From: a virus
Taxonomy: Duplodnaviria > Caudoviricetes
Virus record (IMG/VR): IMGVR_UViG_3300022173_000058
Coordinates: 1 to 44,878 of that record
Reading direction: 5' to 3' (one strand)
Length of the DNA: 44,878 nt
Part shown: positions 18,939-26,914 of the stretch, in pieces
Position numbering within the stretch: the first letter of the stretch is position 1
How the letters are laid out: each line of letters starts with the position of its first letter
Notes under the pieces: model-generated
The model's database searches: none
What the model was told of the DNA's origin: nothing
The model's input: only the letters and a program-made list of their open reading frames with translations
Translations under genes and position numbers: made by a program

Positions 18939-20402
18939 TTAATACCCCGTTATTGTATCGCGACCAGTTCGTTCATTATTTCGACCATTATACACCATAT
19001 TTATATCCATGATACGTACAGCGAAACGGCGCATCATGTAGGCGTAGCGGATGGCATCGATCAAGTCATCTTTTACCTTAACGATGTGTGATTTTTGGTG
19101 TGCGTCCATAGTGGTGTGGTACTGACGAATCTCTTCAAACACTTCGAATAGGTTAGAGAATATTTTAAAGCGACCTGTTTTCATTGCATCGTTTAGCTCA
19201 GCTATACCAGCCCACACCCCGTTACCGCCATCCTCCCAGCACGCAGAGTCTGGTAGCATGTACCAGCCCTCATCCTCATAGTAGGACTTCTGCTGCTTAG
19301 CGCTACCCTTCTCATGCTGTAGTCCATCAGCAGGCCATGCGGTGGGGATATCTTCAGCCCAAGGCTTAACACAATGCCACGCTTCAAACGGTTGCTTCTT
19401 CGACATCTTCCACGCGTTAACCACATAGAAAACATCTGCGTCGCGATCCCACACTAATTGCACATGCGCCTGGGGGTGATCCCAGCCGAAGTCCATGCCA
19501 TTGATAACGAACCAATGCTTAGGCACGCTGAACGGCTCAATCTTCATCAACTCTTCGTCTATTTCAAAAATCAGCCCAGCGCCCATAAGTGGCAACCCCT
19601 TAGATCGCATGTCACGTTGATAGGCCGGATATTGCGAAAGTATCCGCTCTTGTGTTGCTAATGTGATGTGGGGGCACTCTGCCCACGTTGCGCCTTGAAG
19701 ATAATCACTGGCACCAGGGTTATCCATGAATCTAGTTACAAGCTCAGTTTTACCATTCTCAGGTGTGAAGGTCAGTATGCCCCTGCCTCCACGGCCTCTA
19801 TCGCCATTGATAGTTCGCGTTAATACTTGCGGGTATATCTCGTGGTCTTTTGGTTCTTCGTCAATGTGATACCAGTCAACAACGTCACCCATGAGGGCAT
19901 GCTGTCCTTGTGAATAGCTCCACAACTGAATGACACAGATGCCTAGGCGATGTTTAACCCTAACTTCTCGCACCGCACCAGATGTGCCAGCCATTGCACG
20001 GTAATCAAGGATGCGATCAGCCGGAACTAAGCCGCCCTCCATTACACCATCAAGCAAGCGTCCAAATAGTTTTTGTTGCAGTAGGTCGCGGGTCTTTTCG
20101 CCAGAGTAGCCAAGGAGCCAAACAAGAGGAGGAAAGTCAAACCTGTGGCCATCCCAGTCGTCAGGATAGTCGCCAGTGATATGGTAGGCATCAACGACTG
20201 TCCCGGTGCGCGTTTTGCCACACTGATTCGAAGCCATAAGGCAGCATGCGAAGAATTGTTTTGTTGCGGCTATGAACTTACATTGCCATTCGTATAGCGA
20301 TTCATACTGGCGCTTTAATTTATTGCGCTTGTTGCGGGATATCTTCTCATCCAGGAGGCGAGCTAGTTCTATCTTTTCGGCTTTGCTCAAATTACTGAAC
20401 AC
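18939..20402 (-). CDS. terL: Terminase large subunit (P22 gp2-like)
   Basis: Walker A ASNQCGKT, Walker B YHIDEE, LTFTPENG coupling motif, nuclease motifs GMDFGWDHP and DDLIDAIRYA. Confidence 0.95.
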   Translation of the reverse strand: MFSNLSKAEKIELARLLDEKISRNKRNKLKRQYESLYEWQCKFIAATKQFFACCLMASNQCGKTRTGTVVDAYHITGDYPDDWDGHRFDFPPLVWLLGYSGEKTRDLLQQKLFGRLLDGVMEGGLVPADRILDYRAMAGTSGAVREVRVKHRLGICVIQLWSYSQGQHALMGDVVDWYHIDEEPKDHEIYPQVLTRTINGDRGRGGRGILTFTPENGKTELVTRFMDNPGASDYLQGATWAECPHITLATQERILSQYPAYQRDMRSKGLPLMGAGLIFEIDEELMKIEPFSVPKHWFVINGMDFGWDHPQAHVQLVWDRDADVFYVVNAWKMSKKQPFEAWHCVKPWAEDIPTAWPADGLQHEKGSAKQQKSYYEDEGWYMLPDSACWEDGGNGVWAGIAELNDAMKTGRFKIFSNLFEVFEEIRQYHTTMDAHQKSHIVKVKDDLIDAIRYAYMMRRFAVRIMDINMVYNGRNNERTGRDTITGY

Positions 20403-20435
20403 CTTTTGAGTATAAACACGGTAAATTTGATCATT

Positions 20436-20633
20436 TTAATCTGCTTTGTGTTCAGAATTAACTACACAATATGAATCTTCAATCAAGCAAACAGTTGATT
20501 CGTGGGCCAAACCATCGGTTACAAGCTTTTCGGCGTGATAACATGCGGCTAATTTACTTGTGTGCGGCGATCCATCCTGAACACCATCATTTAGTACAAT
20601 GTAATATTTTTGCTTCTCTTCGATCACGGTCAA
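20436..20633 (-). CDS. Hypothetical protein
   Basis: TTGA-coupled to terS with a GGAGG RBS. Confidence 0.55.
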   Translation of the reverse strand: MTVIEEKQKYYIVLNDGVQDGSPHTSKLAACYHAEKLVTDGLAHESTVCLIEDSYCVVNSEHKAD

Positions 20634-21127
20634 TCCTCCGCCGATTGTTGTGCTGCACGTTGACGCTCAAGTATTAAACGATCCAATTCTTCTTCGTCCA
20701 TATCGGATAGCTCTTTAGTGTTAACTGCTATAGCAACACGCTCGCCATACTTCTTAGGCTTAAGCTTTGATGCGGCCCACTTGCGAGTGTCTACACGTAA
20801 CTTGGCATGATTGACCGATACCATATCCTTAATCATTACCATTTTCCCTTCAATCTGTAATGGAATTCCATCAACCAATAGCGGCTGTTCGACCTGATTG
20901 TCTGCGATATCAAGCATATCTTCCACTAACGCGTCAGCAGATTCCATCTTAGCCTTGTCGTACTGATTCGAAAATTCTGGGTGTTCCCGCATCCACTTGA
21001 AAATAGTTGACATCACTGGCATGCCATCATCACGCGATACTGACCTTAGCGATTCACCCGCTGATAGGCGTTCGCATATTAAATAGGTCAGCTCTGGCGT
21101 GTATGTTGTTGGTCTTCCTGCTGGCAT
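20630..21127 (-). CDS. terS: Terminase small subunit (Sf6 gp1-like)
   Basis: GRPTTYTPE..ICERLSAGESLR and AKLRVDTRKWAASKLKPKKYG motifs. Confidence 0.92.
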   Translation of the reverse strand: MPAGRPTTYTPELTYLICERLSAGESLRSVSRDDGMPVMSTIFKWMREHPEFSNQYDKAKMESADALVEDMLDIADNQVEQPLLVDGIPLQIEGKMVMIKDMVSVNHAKLRVDTRKWAASKLKPKKYGERVAIAVNTKELSDMDEEELDRLILERQRAAQQSAED

Positions 21128-21264
21128 TATTCACCACCCTTATAAAAACAGGCAGACTTAATTATCGCTAGAGCTGGGTCTGGACGAGGGAATAGGTATA
21201 CAAGGGTGCAGCTTATGATTAAGGCTGCTGATAGGCATAGAAATACAATAAGTGCTGCAGTCAT
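21127..21264 (-). CDS. 45-aa single-TM microprotein (not in the ORF track)
   Basis: MTAALIVFLCLSAALIISCTLVYLFPRPDPALAIIKSACFYKGGE; GAGG RBS; stop overlaps the terS start. Confidence 0.55.
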   Translation of the reverse strand: MTAALIVFLCLSAALIISCTLVYLFPRPDPALAIIKSACFYKGGE

Positions 21265-21297
21265 TTGATCCTCTCTTGTGATCATAATGTTGGGGGA

Positions 21298-22539
21298 TTA
21301 TATGCGACCTGTTATGCCGCGCTGAGATATTGAAGCATCGCTTATGCCTCGGGTGGTTATGCCGTTGTCTATACTCACACCACTCTCACTTACAGTAAGC
21401 TGGCTTGTGTACATTGTACCCGTTGCTGCTTCCCAGCGCCACATTTCGTAAACTCCGAAAACGTAATCACCGCCTGCGCCATCGCCTAGCGTGCCATCAG
21501 GGTTTAATACGCCTCCAGCAGTTGGCAGACTAACCACATCAGGATCCACGATTGCAGGATCTTTTGCTATTGACCATTCGTCAGTGTTTAGCGGATCCGT
21601 CATGGTCACAGCAGTGAAGGTGGCTAAGGTGCCTACAACCCTGTCTATTGTGGCCGACAGAGTGCCATCACTTGCGGTAAAAGTGTGCGATGCACCTGGC
21701 TGCGGGTGCGTCACAGCATTAGCAAATGTGGGTATTGAAAACGTGCATGACCCAACGCTTGCAGCTGTGATTGTGCAAGCCTTACCAGCAAAGCTGAGGC
21801 TTGTTATTGCGCCCATACCAGTAGTGGTTAGCGTGTAGCCAGTGCCGCCGACATAAACAGGGTTGGTTATTGAATCTACTGAATGGCTTGGCAGCGCCTT
21901 GACTGCTAATACAAAGAAGCCCGCTTTAGTGCTGGATGACGTGAAAGCCGTGTTGATTGCGCTGGTCCCGACATTTTCCTGATACATGACGCCGGAAGTT
22001 GGTTGGTCGCGTCCATCTGGGTTATATCCACCCACTGGCAGCGTAAGCGATGCGCCAGCGGTCCACGTGTCATTATTCTGGTTTGTTGATGCGTTGTTAT
22101 CGCCAAACAGCACCATGATATCTGTAGCCGTAACACCTGGCGTTATGGATGGGCCAGCATGCGATGTGACTGCAGTTCCCTCGGCGAGTGACTGCGTTCC
22201 GTCGATAGCGCTTGATGTAGCGCGACCAGATAGGCCGATTACTGAAAAAGAGTATGTAGCCAGCGTATCAACAGCAACGGTAAAGGTGTGCAAAGTTCCC
22301 GTGGTGGCATTTTCCGCGCGCCATGCATAAATGTTGGTATTTCCACCAACGGCCAATGGACTGCCAGTTACGGGCACCCAAGTGTTGCCCTTGCTATCAA
22401 CTGGAGTGGGCGGGACTACGCCGTTAAACACATTAACAGCGATGCCCAAAAAGTTACCGCTAGTCGTTACCGCTACGCTAGTTGCAGTGAGTACCGGCGT
22501 GCCAGCGGTTTTGTAGCTTGTCGAGAATGCGTATGCCAT
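21298..22539 (-). CDS. Thr/Ser/Gly-rich beta protein with an Ig/IPT-like domain (possible virion appendage or adhesin)
   Basis: Composition, DSKGNTW motif and an IPT-like segment (SITNPVYVGGTGYTLTTTG..FAGKACTI). Confidence 0.5.
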   Translation of the reverse strand: MAYAFSTSYKTAGTPVLTATSVAVTTSGNFLGIAVNVFNGVVPPTPVDSKGNTWVPVTGSPLAVGGNTNIYAWRAENATTGTLHTFTVAVDTLATYSFSVIGLSGRATSSAIDGTQSLAEGTAVTSHAGPSITPGVTATDIMVLFGDNNASTNQNNDTWTAGASLTLPVGGYNPDGRDQPTSGVMYQENVGTSAINTAFTSSSTKAGFFVLAVKALPSHSVDSITNPVYVGGTGYTLTTTGMGAITSLSFAGKACTITAASVGSCTFSIPTFANAVTHPQPGASHTFTASDGTLSATIDRVVGTLATFTAVTMTDPLNTDEWSIAKDPAIVDPDVVSLPTAGGVLNPDGTLGDGAGGDYVFGVYEMWRWEAATGTMYTSQLTVSESGVSIDNGITTRGISDASISQRGITGRI

Positions 22540-23624
22540 TAGGGTACCGTCACCATTGTGTAACCAAGAGAGGTATCATCAACCCCAACTAGAATATGTT
22601 GATAAGCAGTTTGGCCAGTCTCGAAAGTGCCGTAATTTGGCGCGTTATTATCAACCGTTGTATCAATCCAAATATCATCTTCATGCTCTAATGGTTGATT
22701 GAACCATTTCGTCGATAATGCGTAATTGGCATTGTCTGTAATCACACAGCGCTGAAAAGTTGTGTCTACAAAATACTGGTCGGCGGTTACGGCGTACCCA
22801 GTGCCCCAATAATAATCACAACCGTTAAAAAGATAGAGCCAGTCAAAATATTTACTGCTGGCAGGGCTAAGCAAATTTATGCCGGTTTGATTTATTTTGA
22901 TCTCACCGTTAACTTTTGTAATATATGTCCCATCGGCATTGCCTGGCGTGCCGAGGTCGCAGAAATACTCTGCCCAACCCCAAGTCCCACCGTTTATGCC
23001 GCCATCGGCACCCGGTGTCTTGTATTCTGTCCCACCTTCTGCGTGTGCAGTATAATCATGACCCTGAATAACCAAAGAGTTATCCATATTTTGCGTGTCA
23101 GCCAGCTGTGGTATCCCATCATATGGAGCACCTGAGCCAACTCGGAACTCTTTTAATATGCGAATCTCTTGATGAATTTCTGAATATGGCGCGCCGTAGT
23201 TGTTAGCGACAGCAAAGTGTGTCTGTTCTAAATACTGGTACTTGGCAACGTACATTTTTCTAACGGTTGTTGCTGGCAATCTGATCCCGAACTGCGCAAA
23301 GCACTCATAGTAATTTTCTACTGGTGGCGGCGCGGCGTTGTATGGGATAACCCATTGCATCGCTTTGGTGCCTGTTAGCTTGCGTGAGGTTTGCACAGTT
23401 GGGATTGACGAGTTATCAGATACGTAACCTTCGATTGCATTGCCAAGAGTGCCGTTCGCATAAGATTCGAAGTCATCGAATTTGTGAGCCGGAACGATTG
23501 GTTTAATACCGAAACCGGAACCGCTAGTTCTTATTCTGCCACCTACGGCAACCTGCGCAGCAGAGTTAAATTTGCCGGTCCCGCTTGCAAAGCCCGTTAT
23601 TGTTATGTCGCCCTGTGCGCTCAT
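22539..23624 (-). CDS. Polysaccharide-lyase / ConA-like jelly-roll protein
   Basis: FDDFESY start and W..EYFCDLGTPGNADG...VNG motif, characteristic of polysaccharide-lyase-like jelly rolls. Confidence 0.55.
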   Translation of the reverse strand: MSAQGDITITGFASGTGKFNSAAQVAVGGRIRTSGSGFGIKPIVPAHKFDDFESYANGTLGNAIEGYVSDNSSIPTVQTSRKLTGTKAMQWVIPYNAAPPPVENYYECFAQFGIRLPATTVRKMYVAKYQYLEQTHFAVANNYGAPYSEIHQEIRILKEFRVGSGAPYDGIPQLADTQNMDNSLVIQGHDYTAHAEGGTEYKTPGADGGINGGTWGWAEYFCDLGTPGNADGTYITKVNGEIKINQTGINLLSPASSKYFDWLYLFNGCDYYWGTGYAVTADQYFVDTTFQRCVITDNANYALSTKWFNQPLEHEDDIWIDTTVDNNAPNYGTFETGQTAYQHILVGVDDTSLGYTMVTVP

Positions 23625-23824
23625 TCTTCCTCAACTTTATCTATGTTGGTTTTGATCTTTTGAGCAACATTGCCGGTAATGTACGCCGCTACCGTAAAGC
23701 CTATTATGTCACGAAATACAACGTCAGTAATTTTACCATTCCAAACGAGAACTGTGCTGACTATGGCGCAACCCATGACCATTATGAATCTACGCCCGCC
23801 CCAATTTTCGATAGCATATTTCAT
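23621..23824 (-). CDS. Holin-like 2-TM protein
   Basis: GGRRFI start, two hydrophobic segments, AYITGNVAQK and a charged tail. Confidence 0.55.
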   Translation of the reverse strand: MKYAIENWGGRRFIMVMGCAIVSTVLVWNGKITDVVFRDIIGFTVAAYITGNVAQKIKTNIDKVEEE

Positions 23825-23922
23825 TTTTGCCCCACTACATGATCTTTAGCGCAGCTCCAGCACTTCCACATTGTGTAAGTTCCTATCCAGCTGCATTGGT
23901 CGCCACAGCATAAGCAAATCAA
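23821..23922 (-). CDS. 33-aa zinc-ribbon microprotein (not in the ORF track)
   Basis: TTG start; MICLCCGDQCSWIGTYTMWKCWSCAKDHVVGQK; coupled at both ends (TTGA and ATGA). Confidence 0.5.
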   Translation of the reverse strand: MICLCCGDQCSWIGTYTMWKCWSCAKDHVVGQK

Positions 23923-24143
23923 TTTGATGCAGCTATGGCAATTACAGCGATGATGATTAGGGTTACAACCATAACCGCTAGTGCAGCATAGATTTTAGAT
24001 TTCGATGATGGCTTTACCGGATCTTCAATAATGTAGCCGCCGTAAGTGCCTGCATATGGGCATTGCTCCGAAGGTTTGCGGCGTCCGGCTGACGAACTGC
24101 TTGACGAGCTTGAACCGTCATTAGGTCTTATGATTTGAGCCAT
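23919..24143 (-). CDS. C-terminally membrane-anchored small protein
   Basis: Start MAQIIRP at 24143; poly-Ser linker; C-terminal TM helix. Confidence 0.55.
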   Translation of the reverse strand: MAQIIRPNDGSSSSSSSSAGRRKPSEQCPYAGTYGGYIIEDPVKPSSKSKIYAALAVMVVTLIIIAVIAIAASN

Positions 24144-24480
24144 GATAGACACTCTTTGATTTAACCTTGATGGGCTGCCGCTTGAATCCACAGCAGTAAG
24201 TTGCGAATTTTCTAGTGGCAATTATGAGTTTTTTTGTTAAGTGTATGATTATTTCGATTAGCTTGTAGGTTATGTATATGCAGCCTATTGCCTGAAATAT
24301 CTCTATCCAGCTCAGGAAGAATAAGCCGTTTGTTGCGAAGTAATTGCCTATGATAGCGGGGTCTTTGGCTGTTGCGACAACCCCGCCAGCGGTTAGTGTG
24401 GTAGCTAACCCGCCAGTAGCGGCCTTACTGCTTGCCGCGTTGCTCAATGCGCTGGAAATGTTTTCTGCGTTGTCTTGCAT
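24121..24480 (-). CDS. Holin-like membrane protein
   Basis: Start MQDNAE at 24480; hydrophobic segments and a basic C-terminal tail. Confidence 0.5.
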   Translation of the reverse strand: MQDNAENISSALSNAASSKAATGGLATTLTAGGVVATAKDPAIIGNYFATNGLFFLSWIEIFQAIGCIYITYKLIEIIIHLTKKLIIATRKFATYCCGFKRQPIKVKSKSVYHGSNHKT

Positions 24481-24488
24481 AAAGCGCC

Positions 24489-24917
24489 CTAAGTACATAA
24501 ATGATCGCGATAACAACGTTTATCGCCAGATAAGCGAGGGATGCATACAAATAGTATTCTTCTAAATTCGGCACTATTTGTGATTCCAATGATTATAACG
24601 ACAATTTCCATCAAAAAACAGTACCCCATTATATGCTCATAATTAACCCAAAACCATTGGGATTCTGACGCCAAATATTGCTTAAGCAATTGAGGGGTAT
24701 GGTGCTGGAGGAATGCTATTAGCGAGGCGATCATTGCAGATGATTCAATGTAAATAATTACATCTCTTTCCCTGATGCATGAAAATGTAAAAACAAAAAA
24801 TATATATGCGATTGATATCGTGGAGCTGGCCGCCCATGCCGCATAACCTTCTAATTCAATCGGAGCAAATGCAACCCATACCGTGACCAATAAAATCAGG
24901 AAATACCGCTTAAGCAT
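24489..24917 (-). CDS. Multi-pass (about 4 TM) membrane protein
   Basis: About four hydrophobic stretches in 142 aa. Confidence 0.65.
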   Translation of the reverse strand: MLKRYFLILLVTVWVAFAPIELEGYAAWAASSTISIAYIFFVFTFSCIRERDVIIYIESSAMIASLIAFLQHHTPQLLKQYLASESQWFWVNYEHIMGYCFLMEIVVIIIGITNSAEFRRILFVCIPRLSGDKRCYRDHLCT

Positions 24918-24918
24918 C

Positions 24919-25026
24919 TCACCACCCGCAATATAAATAAATTGATACGCCCGGGCATTCGGTAGCCTTACCGTAAAGAATTGCCGCCGCCAGAACTAAC
25001 ACAAAACCTAAAGCAAACCATTTCAT
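24919..25026 (-). CDS. 35-aa protein: signal peptide or TM anchor plus a Cys-pair peptide (not in the ORF track)
   Basis: MKWFALGFVLVLAAAILYGKATECPGVSIYLYCGW; GAGG RBS; ATGA-coupled upstream and 1 nt before the next start. Confidence 0.6.
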   Translation of the reverse strand: MKWFALGFVLVLAAAILYGKATECPGVSIYLYCGW

Positions 25027-25184
25027 ATGCCGCCTCTCTGTCTGCGCTCTTTGCGCGATCTAGCCTTGTCGCCCTTAGATTTACGGGCATCACAACCATA
25101 ACCATAAAGATGGGCTTGTTGTTTTCTAGGCTTTGTAGGCCTATACATTCCATCTATATATGGACCGCATGCAACTCCAAACAT
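25023..25184 (-). CDS. 53-aa basic protein with an Arg-rich C-terminus (not in the ORF track)
   Basis: MFGVACGPYIDGMYRPTKPRKQQAHLYGYGCDARKSKGDKARSRKERRQRGGI; GAGGTG RBS. Confidence 0.6.
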   Translation of the reverse strand: MFGVACGPYIDGMYRPTKPRKQQAHLYGYGCDARKSKGDKARSRKERRQRGGI

Positions 25185-25205
25185 AATACACCTCTCGTTT
25201 TTCTG

Positions 25206-25214
25206 ATTTTACCA
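25206..25214 (-). promoter_or_regulatory. Extended -10 element of the putative late-operon promoter
   Basis: Minus strand TGG-TAAAAT about 22 nt upstream of the 25184 start; no consensus -35. Confidence 0.45.
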
Positions 25215-25230
25215 TGTTTCATGTGGAACG
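25215..25230. promoter_or_regulatory. parS-like palindrome (chromosomal ParB-type)
   Basis: TGTTTCATGTGGAACG matches 13/16 of TGTTTCACGTGAAACA, with a perfect GTTCCAC half-site on the minus strand; intergenic. Confidence 0.6.
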
Positions 25231-25233
25231 CAG

Positions 25234-25443
25234 CTATTCATCATCAAGATCAAGATCGTTTTTTATCTTATCCCTGTGCTTTTTGGTTCGGCATTTCGGG
25301 CTGCAAATAGTGTTATTGGCTTGGCCAGCCCTAAACCACCTATCACAAACAATGCATATCTTAAGCTGGCACCCGCAATAAATACACTTACCTGTCGCGC
25401 TAATATGAGCAAACACAAATCTTGTAACGGGAGTCTGTGACAT
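25234..25443 (-). CDS. Zinc-finger protein (putative DNA-binding regulator)
   Basis: CIYCGC, CIVC and CSPKCRTKKHR treble-clef-like motif. Confidence 0.65.
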   Translation of the reverse strand: MSQTPVTRFVFAHISATGKCIYCGCQLKICIVCDRWFRAGQANNTICSPKCRTKKHRDKIKNDLDLDDE

Positions 25444-25528
25444 TTGGGTTCACCCATATCTCTAGAAAATTCGCCGCATTATATTCTCATTTGTGCAATG
25501 TCGCACAACGTACATAGAGGAAATAATC

Positions 25529-26401
25529 ATGGCTTTTGTACAAGATACTCCAAGCGGTTTAAATTTTTTAGGTGGATCATCCGATAGCGGCCTTGGTGGC
25601 GCGGGACTCATCGCACTATTGGCAGCTACTGGCGCTTTAGGCAATAACCGCCGAAACGAAGAGAGTTGTATTCCCGCTCAACTGAATACTGTTGCAGACG
25701 GCATTAATCACAATATCAACACTTCAATGATAGGCCTGACAAATCAGTTAAATGCCGGTTTCGGCGGTCAGCGTGATTTGGATTTAATGCAGAAGCTCGG
25801 CAACATCGAAGGCGATATCTGGAAAGCCGAAGGCGAAGTGCAGCTTGCGGTTGCCGGTTCCACTGCTTCACTAACTAATGCGATTTCACAAGGCACTCTT
25901 AGCAATCTGGCCGGTCAAGCTGCTATCAACAAAAATATTACTGATGGCACTGCCGCTGTATTAGCTAGCAATTGTGGCATTAAAGAAGCTGTTGCAGCTT
26001 ATGGCGTGGCGAATCTTACCGCGACTAAGGACGCTCAGTATGCGATTACTACCGCAGTCCGTGACGATGGCGATAAAACTCGAGCCAAAATTGATTTCTA
26101 CCATGACCAGGATATGCAGCGTAAGTTGACTGTTGCTGATGGCATTATTGCCGAACGCAATGCAGCTCTGCGTGGTCGCGAGTCTGAAATTAATATCACT
26201 AACACAAACACCGCTACAGCTCAGCAATTCCAGGTTCAAGGCCAGCAACAACAACAATTGCAAATTTTGGCCAACTTGGCGGCTGAAATTCGTAATTTAG
26301 CTGGCGATATCCAAGCTGTGCGCCAGGGTCAAGTTGTATTTAACTCTGGGACCATGGCCGGTAGCGCTACACAGGCTGCTGCAAACACCAAAGTGGCATA
26401 G
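25529..26401 (+). CDS. Conserved phage protein with an N-terminal Gly-rich hydrophobic segment and a long Ala/Gln/Asn-rich coiled coil (moron)
   Basis: GAGG RBS before ATG 25529. The DGDKTRA.I and EINITNTNTATAQQ motifs are recalled from uncharacterised phage proteins. Opposite strand to its neighbours. Confidence 0.7.
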   Translation: MAFVQDTPSGLNFLGGSSDSGLGGAGLIALLAATGALGNNRRNEESCIPAQLNTVADGINHNINTSMIGLTNQLNAGFGGQRDLDLMQKLGNIEGDIWKAEGEVQLAVAGSTASLTNAISQGTLSNLAGQAAINKNITDGTAAVLASNCGIKEAVAAYGVANLTATKDAQYAITTAVRDDGDKTRAKIDFYHDQDMQRKLTVADGIIAERNAALRGRESEINITNTNTATAQQFQVQGQQQQQLQILANLAAEIRNLAGDIQAVRQGQVVFNSGTMAGSATQAAANTKVA

Positions 26402-26590
26402 GTGGCTATTATGCATCGTATTTGTGCCTACATTGATGACAATATGGTTTTGCATTTGTTTCCACGAAACCCACTGGAAGCTATGGGCCTGAAATATTTA
26501 GGCAAAGAACTGGCTACACACGGCCTGTCTTTGATAAGTATTGAAGATGCAGATGCTTACGCTAAGTTAATGGAAAAAGATGATGAGTGA
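26402..26590 (+). CDS. Hypothetical protein, second gene of the plus-strand moron
   Basis: Starts immediately after the upstream stop and is followed by a terminator. Confidence 0.55.
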   Translation: MAIMHRICAYIDDNMVLHLFPRNPLEAMGLKYLGKELATHGLSLISIEDADAYAKLMEKDDE

Positions 26591-26596
26591 TGTATT

Positions 26597-26620
26597 GGCC
26601 TCGTAAGGGGCCTTTACTTT
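26597..26620 (+). terminator. Intrinsic terminator of the moron
   Basis: GGCCTC-GTAA-GGGGCC-TTTACTTT. Confidence 0.7.
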
Positions 26621-26633
26621 ATGCATTGAAAAA

Positions 26634-26873
26634 TCACCAATTCCCCTGAAATTCCCCATTCCATTCTTTCCAGACCCCAGCACAAAATTTTTGTTTTCTG
26701 CCCACCAGTGGATCAAATGCATAAACCTGAAAGCTAGTCACCATCTGCCCGCCAATGCCGCCACGCGGGCCAGATGTTGAGCCGAAAGCTTGAGGCCACG
26801 AATACCATTGCACGTCATCTGGATAGCATCCTTCGCGTTTTGCAACATCGGCAAGCAAATTCTGTATATCCAT
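26634..26873 (-). CDS. Hypothetical protein (WPQ.FGSTSGPRGGIGGQ motif)
   Basis: GGAG RBS; ATG at 26873. Confidence 0.65.
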   Translation of the reverse strand: MDIQNLLADVAKREGCYPDDVQWYSWPQAFGSTSGPRGGIGGQMVTSFQVYAFDPLVGRKQKFCAGVWKEWNGEFQGNW

Positions 26874-26879
26874 CTTCAC

Positions 26880-26905
26880 CACTCCATAACATTAAATAAA
26901 AAAGC
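26880..26905. repeat. Direct repeat copy 1 (RBS/U-tract module)
   Basis: CACTCCATAACATTAAATAAAAAAGC; the 15-nt core is identical to 27128-27142. Confidence 0.7.
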
Positions 26906-26914
26906 GAAAGTTAA

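Noticed and set aside
297-23842. Numerous plus-strand ORFs of 60-140 aa in the ORF track opposite the structural genes
   Set aside because: They are antisense shadows of well-supported, tightly coupled minus-strand genes and have no recognisable motifs.
24968-25153. 61-aa ORF ending CFRFCVSSGGGNSLR, which looks like a RiPP precursor
   Set aside because: The interval is better explained by two coupled ORFs with good RBSs in other frames (25023-25184 and 24919-25026), and no modifying enzymes are nearby.
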